A stretch of DNA of 64,000 nt from an uncultured Lachnospiraceae bacterium (GTDB lineage Bacteria > Bacillota > Clostridia > Lachnospirales > Lachnospiraceae). Position numbers and translations under genes: made by a program. The stretch covers positions 8,824 to 72,823 of the forward strand of contig CALGVA010000031.1 in the NCBI GenBank assembly GCA_937920345.1, written 5' to 3'. Positions 46,686 to 54,876 of this stretch are shown piece after piece; the first letter of the stretch is position 1, and every line of letters starts with the position of its first letter. Below the pieces are notes generated by a model, which saw only the letters and a program-made list of their open reading frames with translations, searched no databases and was not told where the DNA came from.

Positions 46686-47813
46686 TTAACAGTAGAAATC
46701 CTTCACCTGCTCCGCAATGTACTCCGTCTCGTCCGCGGTCAGCGTATAGAACATAGGCAGGCGCAACAGTCTATCACTTTCCTTTGTCGTATACTTATCC
46801 TCCCCGTGGAATCTGCCGAACTTCATGCCTGCCGGCGCAGAGTGCAGCGGCACATAGTGGAATACCGCCAGAATATCCTTCTCCGCCAGGAAATGAATCA
46901 GTCTGGTCCGCTCCTCCATATCTTTCGTCTTAATATAAAACATATGTCCGTTATGTTCACAGTACTCCGGCACATAAGGCAGTTCGATCTTCCCCGCCTC
47001 CGCCAGCGGTGAAAGCAGTTCCTGATACTGCTTCCATCTGTTAAGTCTTGCCTGCGTAATCTCCTCCGCCTGTTCTAACTGCGCGTACAGATAAGCGGCA
47101 TTCATGTCGCTGGGCAGATAGGAAGACCCATAGTTCTGCCAGCGGTACTTATCTACCTGCCCGCGGTAATATTTGCTCCTGTCCGTTCCCTTTTCCCGAT
47201 AGATTTCCGCCGCCTCAATATACTGTTCATCCCGTATGAGCAGCGCACCGCCCTCACCCATACTGAAATTCTTCGTCTCGTGGAAGCTGAAGCAGCCAAA
47301 ATCCCCGAAGGTTCCAAGCGGCCTGCCCTTATAGGAAGCCATGATTCCCTGTGCCGCATCCTCGACCACCATCAGGTTATGCCGTCTCGCAATGTCCATG
47401 ATGGCGTCCATCTCGCAGCCCACACCTGCATAGTGTACCGGCACAATAGCCCTGGTATGCTCCGTAACAGCGTCCTCAATCAGACGCTCGTCCATATTCA
47501 TAGTTTCCGGTCTGATATCCACGAATACGGCCGTCGCACCGCGCAGCACAAATGCATCCGCCGTGGACACGAATGTATAGGACGGCATGATCACCTCGTC
47601 CCCCGGCTTGATTTCCGCCAGCAGTGCCGCCAGTTCCGTCGCATGGGTGCACGAAGTCGTAAGCAGGCACCTGGCTGTACCGGTCTGCCGCTCGATCCAC
47701 TCGCTGCACTTTCTTGTAAAGGGTCCGTCTCCACAGATCTTCTGGTTCTCGACGGCCTGCTTCATATACTCAAATTCTTTGCCCGTAAAAGGAGGCACGT
47801 TAAAGTTGATCAT
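46686..47813 (-). CDS. wecE: dTDP-4-amino-4,6-dideoxygalactose transaminase
   Basis: Near-collinear similarity to E. coli WecE as I recall it: FNVPPFTGKEFEYMKQAV..KICGDGPFTRKC, GDEVIMPSYTFVSTADAFVLRGA, VPVHYAGVGCEMD, FSFHETKNFSMGEGGALL, RGQVDKYRWQNYGSSY, HMFYIK, VFHYVPLH, TTKESDRLLRLP. Confidence 0.85.
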   Translation of the reverse strand: MINFNVPPFTGKEFEYMKQAVENQKICGDGPFTRKCSEWIERQTGTARCLLTTSCTHATELAALLAEIKPGDEVIMPSYTFVSTADAFVLRGATAVFVDIRPETMNMDERLIEDAVTEHTRAIVPVHYAGVGCEMDAIMDIARRHNLMVVEDAAQGIMASYKGRPLGTFGDFGCFSFHETKNFSMGEGGALLIRDEQYIEAAEIYREKGTDRSKYYRGQVDKYRWQNYGSSYLPSDMNAAYLYAQLEQAEEITQARLNRWKQYQELLSPLAEAGKIELPYVPEYCEHNGHMFYIKTKDMEERTRLIHFLAEKDILAVFHYVPLHSAPAGMKFGRFHGEDKYTTKESDRLLRLPMFYTLTADETEYIAEQVKDFYC

Positions 47814-47853
47814 GTCTGTAATCCTCTCTGTATGCTGCTTCGATGATTTCTAT

Positions 47854-47882
47854 AGTATACCACACTCTCACTCTGGTGTCAC
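47854..47882 (-). promoter_or_regulatory. candidate sigma-A promoter upstream of the wecE-like gene
   Basis: The minus strand reads GTGACA-17 nt-TATACT, preceded by TGG (extended -10). The -35 overlaps the stop codon of the upstream gene. GAGAGGA lies before the ATG at 47813. Confidence 0.4.
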
Positions 47883-49718
47883 ATATACTACATAGCGGGC
47901 GTTACTGAAACTTTCCTGATAGGAATGCGCCTGCATATATGCCCCCAGGATCTGCAGTTTCTCGTCCTGATCCAGCTTCTCCTGGTCTGCACCGAACCAG
48001 TTCATGCCGTCCGCATCCTCGTTCAGATATGCCGCCACGGCGGAGGATACGATTACCACGGGCGGTTCTTCCAGCCGTGTCATATCCCGCTCGTACTCCA
48101 CCATGCGGTAGGAGTCCAGATCCGGCCAGAACGTTGACAGCGCCGAGGGCATATCGAGCAGATACCCTAACCCCGGCACTTCCCCGTACAGGATCACTTC
48201 TCTGCCTGCAAGCTGTGCCTGCCGCACATATTCCGCCAGTTCCGTAAGATGCGCCGCATTGTCCCGACCGGTGTAGATGCCCGCCGCTTTGGCCGGCGCT
48301 GTCAGCAGTGTGTCGCGCGCTTCCCCGTTTCTGCCGTCCTGAAAAGAAAAGTACCGATGAAATCCCACACTTTGAATCAAAAGAAATATCACAAACAGGA
48401 AAAACGGCAGCCCTATTGCCTTTGCGCCCATTTCCTGCTCAACCGTATCTCTTTCACCCGCAAGCCGGTCATACGCGATCCACAGCACGAACGGCACTAC
48501 GATAAACAGATTGTTGATGATCGGATACAGCTGATTATTGCCGCCAAGCGGCGTAACAAAAATCTGTACCAGCACCAGCACCGCCAGGATCTTCTGTTCC
48601 TGTCTTATGCTTTTGCTGCACAGACAGTATACCGCCGTGTAAATTGCCACGAGTAAGAACATCACTGCCGGATAATAGACACTGCCAAAATCATAATAGC
48701 GGAAATGGAACACGCCTCTGCCCCAATAGAACCGCAGAAGTACTAATAGTACCACCGCATAAACTGCTTTGCACAATACCTCTGCGCCCTTGATCCCCGG
48801 AAAGAGCTTCCTTCGCAGCGTAAAAAGCACAAGGCCTCCCGCCATGCAGATGACTGCGAAAGCCATCCAAAACAAACCTGTCTCGTAGTCCCCGAACATG
48901 CCCGTCAGCATGGCGGTCGGCTTATAGTCCGTCGCCTTCTCCGTCATGGCAAACATAGTCTGCACCATGGCGGGATACGCGCCGGCGCCGTACCGGATAC
49001 AGATCGCCGCAAGCGGAATCCCGAACCCGGTCACATATCCGGCCATACACCACAGTGTATCGCGAACCGCCTGCCGGCATGTGCGTCCGCAGACCGCCGT
49101 GCCGTACCACAGCGCCACGATGCACGCCGCCTGCACCACATTCGGCATACGGACCGCCACATTGGCGCCCAGACAGATACCGGCCGCGATATAGTATCTC
49201 CGGTCTTCCTTAAGAATACCGCGGTAGAGAAGCAGTATCCCCGCCGCCATAAACAGATATGTCATGTAATTGTATAAAACCGTGGAGGGACACCAGCACA
49301 GCCCCAGCGCGAGAAACTCCCCCGCAAATGCAAGCGGCATCGGCATCCGGCCTGCAGATCGGTCTCTCCTGCGAAACGCCTCATATACCACAAGCGCCGT
49401 AAGTGACTGTATCAGCGCCGTATAGAAATACATTCCCGGCAGCGTGTCGCCGTAAGGCAGATGCATGAGCAGACTGCCAAGCGCATTCGCCAGAAACGTC
49501 GCCACCATCCACGTACCGTCCATGGACGCAAAATACTGGAAATTCGCCAGACTGTACGTCGTGTCCGCCACATCAATCCCCTGCCGGATCCTAAGTAGCG
49601 GATATAAAATCAGAATGACCGGAAACACGACGCGCTCTATGAGGTTTTGATATTTGTGATACACTACCGTCACACTTTTCATAATCTTGTACTTTCCTTC
49701 CGGTCTCCGCTTCGCCAT
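47868..49718 (-). CDS. GT-C-like polytopic membrane protein
   Basis: More than 12 helices and a C-terminal soluble domain. The track ORF (to 49949) overlaps the acyltransferase gene by 172 nt. The internal ATGs at 49718 or 49682 both have SD-like sequences and remove the overlap. Confidence 0.45.
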   Translation of the reverse strand: MAKRRPEGKYKIMKSVTVVYHKYQNLIERVVFPVILILYPLLRIRQGIDVADTTYSLANFQYFASMDGTWMVATFLANALGSLLMHLPYGDTLPGMYFYTALIQSLTALVVYEAFRRRDRSAGRMPMPLAFAGEFLALGLCWCPSTVLYNYMTYLFMAAGILLLYRGILKEDRRYYIAAGICLGANVAVRMPNVVQAACIVALWYGTAVCGRTCRQAVRDTLWCMAGYVTGFGIPLAAICIRYGAGAYPAMVQTMFAMTEKATDYKPTAMLTGMFGDYETGLFWMAFAVICMAGGLVLFTLRRKLFPGIKGAEVLCKAVYAVVLLVLLRFYWGRGVFHFRYYDFGSVYYPAVMFLLVAIYTAVYCLCSKSIRQEQKILAVLVLVQIFVTPLGGNNQLYPIINNLFIVVPFVLWIAYDRLAGERDTVEQEMGAKAIGLPFFLFVIFLLIQSVGFHRYFSFQDGRNGEARDTLLTAPAKAAGIYTGRDNAAHLTELAEYVRQAQLAGREVILYGEVPGLGYLLDMPSALSTFWPDLDSYRMVEYERDMTRLEEPPVVIVSSAVAAYLNEDADGMNWFGADQEKLDQDEKLQILGAYMQAHSYQESFSNARYVVYVTPE

Positions 49719-49777
49719 TCTCTCCTGATTGTTCGCCTTCGGCAAGGTTGCCGGGTGCAAAGTCCTGACCCGAACTG

Positions 49778-50848
49778 CTATCTTTTCTTCGCTTTGTGCA
49801 CAAACAGCTTCCGCACCCCGAGGAAAATCCGTGCCCTCACACAATCGACCATTGTACCGGCCGCATACACGATCAGCACACACCCGGCCATATGCGGAAT
49901 AAACGCCCAGCTTCCCTGTACAGCATCCACATGAAGCCACTGCATCCACTGATACCGCATCAGGATATGCTCATGCAGCAGATACACGCCGAATGTATAG
50001 GGTGCAAGCCGCCTGATCCGTTCTGCCGCCACGCCCTCCCACGGTTTCATATCCCGAAACAGCATAAACAGTCCCACCGACGCAAGCAGACACAGGACAT
50101 GGTTATACGTATCCGGCATATCCATATAATAGGCAAGCGGCGGCAGCACCTCCGCCAGACTGCCCGATACCGCAGTGAGCACAGCCATGCCAAGACACAT
50201 ACCTGCATATAGAAAAGCCGCATTTCTCTTCTTCTCGAGCCCCGGCAGCCCGTAGAGCCGTATATACGCCGCGATCAGAAAAAGAAACAAAAACCAGCCG
50301 TAGTCATAGCCGTATCGGTCCGTCGCCAGCTTCGCCGGCACGACAGACTTCCAGATACAGAAATAAAGGGCCAGCACGCCAATGATGATCCGCAGTGTCT
50401 TCCGGTCCACGGCTCTCACCCCCGCCGCCAGAAGCGGCGCAAACAGATACAGAACCAGATATGCCGTGGCAAACCAGTAATGCTCCGTCTCGACCGGCAG
50501 CACATAATTCAGCCAGTCATATACCGACAGTTCACCCGGAGATACCACGCCGGCACAGATCAGCACGACCGGAATCAGAAGCGAATAAAAAAGAATCTGC
50601 GCTGCCAGAGACACCACACGCCCCGGTTTCCAGACAGACTCCACCATAAAATACCCGCCAAGCAGCACATAGCAGTTCACCGCGACAATACAGAATGCCT
50701 CTATGAGATGCGCCGCATGGTTCACCGCGGAATGATCCTGTGTATATGGCTGGATCAAGCCGCCCTTATTCAGATAGTGAAGGACAATGATCATCAGCAT
50801 CGCCACAATACGCAGCAGTTCAAAATTCGCCTGTCGTTTTCCCCGCAT
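49778..50848 (-). CDS. acyltransferase-3 family membrane O-acyltransferase (OafA/WecH-like)
   Basis: FELLRIVAMLMIIVLHYL N-terminal signature and about 10 TM helices. Confidence 0.8.
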   Translation of the reverse strand: MRGKRQANFELLRIVAMLMIIVLHYLNKGGLIQPYTQDHSAVNHAAHLIEAFCIVAVNCYVLLGGYFMVESVWKPGRVVSLAAQILFYSLLIPVVLICAGVVSPGELSVYDWLNYVLPVETEHYWFATAYLVLYLFAPLLAAGVRAVDRKTLRIIIGVLALYFCIWKSVVPAKLATDRYGYDYGWFLFLFLIAAYIRLYGLPGLEKKRNAAFLYAGMCLGMAVLTAVSGSLAEVLPPLAYYMDMPDTYNHVLCLLASVGLFMLFRDMKPWEGVAAERIRRLAPYTFGVYLLHEHILMRYQWMQWLHVDAVQGSWAFIPHMAGCVLIVYAAGTMVDCVRARIFLGVRKLFVHKAKKR

Positions 50849-50871
50849 AGCCTTTTCCTCTATTCTTCATG

Positions 50872-51300
50872 TCACTTTTTTTCCTTAAAGATCCATAACT
50901 TACTCAGAAAATAATTTGCCAGAATCACAATCACCTGACACACAAATTTGGAGATAAACTCGTTCAGATGCGCGCAGTCCACCATCAGAAACATAAGCGC
51001 GACTTCCAAAAGCTCCGTCGCAACTCTTGCGCCGATGAACGAGGCAAATTCCCCGAACAGAGACTTCGCATCTTTATTTTTGCTTTTAAAAACAAAAGTA
51101 CGGTTTGTCCAGTACGCAAACACAACCGTCAGCGCCCATGACAGCACAGTCGCCACCAGATAGTGCAGATCCATCACTTTTGAAAACAGATAATAGAGCG
51201 CATAATTCAGTACAAATGCAAGAAAACCGAAGATCAGATAATTGATCCCTTCCTCGTACTTCTTATACATGCCCCAGCCGAAATCCCATAATTTTTTCAT
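50872..51300 (-). CDS. GtrA-family small membrane protein
   Basis: 142 aa with four helices: INYLIFGFLAFVLNYALYYLF, WTNRTFVFKS, VILANYFLSKLWIFK. Confidence 0.75.
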   Translation of the reverse strand: MKKLWDFGWGMYKKYEEGINYLIFGFLAFVLNYALYYLFSKVMDLHYLVATVLSWALTVVFAYWTNRTFVFKSKNKDAKSLFGEFASFIGARVATELLEVALMFLMVDCAHLNEFISKFVCQVIVILANYFLSKLWIFKEKK

Positions 51301-51397
51301 GACTACCCTGTTCCTCTCTGTCCCTTGTTACCATGCCTGAAGCACTATGCCGCCTGCTTCTTTTCGCCGCCTGTACCGCGCCATGGTTTCAGTGCGT

Positions 51398-53155
51398 TTA
51401 TCTTTTCCCCTCTATGACCGCCTTGCCGCCCGCCACCCGGTAAACCATATCACATTTCTCGATCGTCTGCAGCCTGTGCGCAATAATAATCAACGTCTTG
51501 CGCCCGTGCAGCCTGTTAATGGAATCCATGATGGCCGCCTCCGTCTCATTGTCAAGCGCCGACGTGGCTTCATCTAACACCAGCACCTCCGGGTCCTCGA
51601 AGAGCGCTCTGGCAATGCCGATCCTCTGCCGCTGTCCGCCTGACAGCCGTATTCCCCGCTCACCGATGCTCGTATCCAGACCTTCCGGAAGTCCTCTCAC
51701 GAACTCGTCGAGCTGCGCTTCTCTGAGTGCCTCCCACACCTTGTCATCATCTATGTCCTCATCCGGACAGCCAAACGCCACGTTCTTGCGTATCGTAGAA
51801 TCAATCATGAAGATCGTCTGCGGAATATAACCGATATTCTTAAGCCATGAGGCATAATGTTCCCGCACCTCCACGCCGTCCGCAAGGATACTGCCTGTCT
51901 CGATCTGCAGCAGTCCCAGCAGAATATCCACCACAGTCGTCTTACCCGCACCGGAAGTTCCCACGATCCCCACCGACTTGCCGACAGGAATGGTCATCTC
52001 GGCGTGGTCGAAAATCAGCACGTCCGTGTTGGGATATTTATAGGTAATGTCTTTCAGCACAATATCCTTTTTAATATCCAGCTTCTCTACTTCTGTCTTT
52101 TTCTGATACGTTTTCTCATCATAGTCGATGTTCTCATCCCGGATCTCCTCCTGCAGATTATCGCTCACACCCATAAAGAACGGCTCGAAGTAGGAGATTG
52201 AGGTCAGATGGTTGTTGATCCTGTTTGCACAGGGAATCAGCCGCATCGCCACCATGGCCAGCAGCGTGATCTGCGGCAGAATATCCATTGCTCCGGTCCC
52301 GCCGATGATCTGGATCATCAGATACAGCACCATACTTGCGATCGCCATCGTCTCGATCAGCAGCCGCGGCGTGGCATTGTAGAGATTGTACCGCTGTACC
52401 GCGCCGACATATCCGGCGCCGCATTTGGAATACTCGTTGATAAAATAGTTCTCTTTACGGGCAATCTTGATCTCCTTGATTCCCATGACCGACTGATCGA
52501 TCCATTTATACAGCCCGCTGTAATAATCCTGATTCTCTTCACCGGCCTTCTTCATGATCGGCTTTAAAATACACATGATAACCAACAGTGCCGCAAGAAG
52601 AACCACCGTCACCGTTATGCTCATCCAGACATCCGCCACCAGACTGACAACCACCAGACAGACAAATACGATACTTTCGCTGATCAGCTGCAGGAGCGAC
52701 AGGATCAGCCCGTACATGTTATTGACATCCGATGTGATATTGCGCTGAATCACTGCGGTGTCCGCATTCAGATAATATTCGTAGGGACGCTCCATGAAAT
52801 TGATCATCATTCTTCTGGAAGTGGCAAACTGATTCGTATAGACGAACCGGAGCTGAATCTTCTGCTGGAAAAACAGAAAAATATTTTTGGCCGCAAATAC
52901 CAGAATCAAGCCGCTCATTACGATGATCGTCAGATCCCTGCTGTTGTCCGTATGAAAAATTCTGCAGATAACCTGAAGATACTCGTGGTTCTCGATCGCA
53001 TTCTCCTCCAGCACCACGTTCATAACCGGATAGATCATGGAAACGCCCAGCGTCTCTAAAACCGCCCCGATCAGCATGAGAAAGACAAGCAGCACCATTT
53101 TACGCTTCTGCCGCCCGTCCAGTAAAACCATCAGTTTTTTATATATTTTAATCAT
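51398..53155 (-). CDS. fused TMD-NBD ABC exporter (MsbA/PglK architecture), second copy
   Basis: GTSGAGKTT, LSGGQRQRIGIARAL, VLVLDEATSALD. The track start (GTG at 53224) lies upstream of the predicted -10, so I used the ATG at 53155. Confidence 0.85.
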   Translation of the reverse strand: MIKIYKKLMVLLDGRQKRKMVLLVFLMLIGAVLETLGVSMIYPVMNVVLEENAIENHEYLQVICRIFHTDNSRDLTIIVMSGLILVFAAKNIFLFFQQKIQLRFVYTNQFATSRRMMINFMERPYEYYLNADTAVIQRNITSDVNNMYGLILSLLQLISESIVFVCLVVVSLVADVWMSITVTVVLLAALLVIMCILKPIMKKAGEENQDYYSGLYKWIDQSVMGIKEIKIARKENYFINEYSKCGAGYVGAVQRYNLYNATPRLLIETMAIASMVLYLMIQIIGGTGAMDILPQITLLAMVAMRLIPCANRINNHLTSISYFEPFFMGVSDNLQEEIRDENIDYDEKTYQKKTEVEKLDIKKDIVLKDITYKYPNTDVLIFDHAEMTIPVGKSVGIVGTSGAGKTTVVDILLGLLQIETGSILADGVEVREHYASWLKNIGYIPQTIFMIDSTIRKNVAFGCPDEDIDDDKVWEALREAQLDEFVRGLPEGLDTSIGERGIRLSGGQRQRIGIARALFEDPEVLVLDEATSALDNETEAAIMDSINRLHGRKTLIIIAHRLQTIEKCDMVYRVAGGKAVIEGKR

Positions 53156-53214
53156 AACCGCTGCGTGCCCTTTCCGAATCCCAAGCGTCTGTCTCAAATC
53201 CAAAATATCATTAT

Positions 53215-53244
53215 ATTTTAGCACAGGAGTGGAAGAAATTGCAA
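53215..53244 (-). promoter_or_regulatory. candidate promoter for the ABC/GtrA/... operon
   Basis: The minus strand reads TTGCAA-18 nt-TAAAAT, preceded by TGC (extended -10). Confidence 0.4.
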
Positions 53245-53267
53245 ATAAAGGATGCGCGTGCTATACT
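53239..53267 (+). promoter_or_regulatory. candidate promoter for the NUDIX gene
   Basis: The plus strand reads TTGCAA-17 nt-TATACT, preceded by TGC. The same palindromic TTGCAA hexamer also serves the minus-strand promoter. Confidence 0.45.
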
Positions 53268-53324
53268 TCCTACGTAACAGTTGTCTGAAATTGGTCCAAA
53301 CTGCGGCCGGGGAGATCATATGAG

Positions 53325-53858
53325 ATGACCAGAGTAAGATTTTATGAGAATGCAGCTGATAAGCTGCTTAAATTCGCCGTGATTATATCCAGATATCAGA
53401 ATAAATATGTCTTCTGCAAGCACAGAGACCGGGATACCTGGGAGGTGCCCGGCGGTCACCGTGAGCCCGGAGAAGACATTACAGATACAGCCAGACGGGA
53501 ATTGTATGAGGAGACAGGCGCTCTGGAATACGACTTATCGCCCGTCTGCGTCTATTCCGTTACCGCGCCTGATAATTTCGACGGCGCCGAGACCTTCGGG
53601 ATGCTGTACTTCGCCGATATTAAGCGATTTGAAGCGGAATTACACAGTGAGATCGAGAAGATCACGCTGACGGAGTGTCTGCCGGAACGTCTGACTTATC
53701 CCGATATCCAGCCCGTCTTAATGAAAGAAGCGGCACGGCGCAGGCATTTATCGGATGTCCGCGCAATCAGATCATCTCATTCTGTCTGTGAACCTCCGGG
53801 GGTTCATATTTGTCCAGAAAGTCCTCTCCTAAGAAAAGCACTTCCTCCGCAAATTTGA
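53325..53858 (+). CDS. NUDIX hydrolase
   Basis: Nudix box GGHREPGEDITDTARRELYEETG. This is the only plus-strand gene in the locus. Its last 92 nt overlap the convergent gene. Confidence 0.8.
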   Translation: MTRVRFYENAADKLLKFAVIISRYQNKYVFCKHRDRDTWEVPGGHREPGEDITDTARRELYEETGALEYDLSPVCVYSVTAPDNFDGAETFGMLYFADIKRFEAELHSEIEKITLTECLPERLTYPDIQPVLMKEAARRRHLSDVRAIRSSHSVCEPPGVHICPESPLLRKALPPQI

Positions 53859-54876
53859 TCCCGTTTGGCACGGTCGCCACAGACACCACTCTTCTGAACT
53901 TAAGATCCGGTATAAAGTTCAGAATCTCCATCGGAAACATGGGATTCAGCACGATATACTCCGCGAACTCTTTCCGGTAATCCAGCACATCCCGGGGATG
54001 CGGTTTGATCAGAACCTGCCCTCTTCTACCGTCGATCACGCCGTACTCCTCGATCACGTCTGCAAACAGTCTCCTGCGGACATCGAGCGCACAGAGCGGC
54101 TCCGTCAGCACCAGCACCTTATCCGCCGCACCTTGCTTAAGCTGCGCAAGCAGTTCATCCATATTCTCGATAAACAGACGGATCAGAAGCTCCTTATCAC
54201 TTTCCGTCAGCCGGTCCACAAGCCCCGCGCGCGGTACTTCAATATATTTCTTACAAGGATAAGGCACGACACTTAAGTCGTTGATCTCCATATCCAGGCA
54301 GTATCTGCCGTAACCGTTCTGGATGAAAATCAGTCCCCGCGCCGCCATCCATGCCTTGAACCCGAAATGCCCCCGGTTGTCGTAACGGGCGGTATCATAA
54401 TACTGAATACAGTTCAAACCGTCTTCTAACGCGTGGTAATAAATTTTCTCATAGTTCAGATAATAACCGATCGGATCGGAATCACAGAATACATAGATAT
54501 CCCGATACTGCCTGAAGTCTACCGGTACGTAGGCTTTCTCCAGCCTGCCAAACATCTTCGTGTACTTGATACGCGCAAGCATGTTGAGCACCAGACTGCC
54601 TCTATCGGTGTGATATTTCTGAAGCTCCGGGAAGAAAACGTCCTCCTTCTCGTCAAACATCACGACCTCTTCAAACAGACCGCAGCCCTCCGCACGTTCC
54701 TGCAGATTCCCGAAATCGTTCGACATGGTGCTTAACACCAGCGTCGCCCGGCCTTGCCGCTCCTCCGGAAGCGCCAGTTCTTTCAGACAGGTGACATATA
54801 CATGATAGTACGTATGACATACATAAATTCTTTCTTTCATAGATGTTGTGGTCTCCTCTTTAGGCTGATCGTTCAC
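53767..54876 (-). CDS. sialyltransferase-like (nonulosonate transferase) candidate, possibly GT52-like
   Basis: The N-terminal IYVCHTYYHVYVTCLK recalls GT52 N-termini. It carries an E-D-G motif (HALEDGLN) followed by an H-P motif (LIKPHPRD), the two short motifs described for bacterial sialyltransferase families. There is a 4-nt overlap with the ATP-grasp gene. Confidence 0.4.
   Translation of the reverse strand: MNDQPKEETTTSMKERIYVCHTYYHVYVTCLKELALPEERQGRATLVLSTMSNDFGNLQERAEGCGLFEEVVMFDEKEDVFFPELQKYHTDRGSLVLNMLARIKYTKMFGRLEKAYVPVDFRQYRDIYVFCDSDPIGYYLNYEKIYYHALEDGLNCIQYYDTARYDNRGHFGFKAWMAARGLIFIQNGYGRYCLDMEINDLSVVPYPCKKYIEVPRAGLVDRLTESDKELLIRLFIENMDELLAQLKQGAADKVLVLTEPLCALDVRRRLFADVIEEYGVIDGRRGQVLIKPHPRDVLDYRKEFAEYIVLNPMFPMEILNFIPDLKFRRVVSVATVPNGIKFAEEVLFLGEDFLDKYEPPEVHRQNEMI

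Noticed and set aside
49719-49949. A 77-codon N-terminal extension of the 693-aa membrane-protein ORF, overlapping the acyltransferase-3 gene by 172 nt.
   Set aside because: The extension is Cys/Gly/Arg-rich with no membrane or signal character, and it overlaps a well-supported gene. Internal ATGs with SD-like sequences occur right after the upstream stop.
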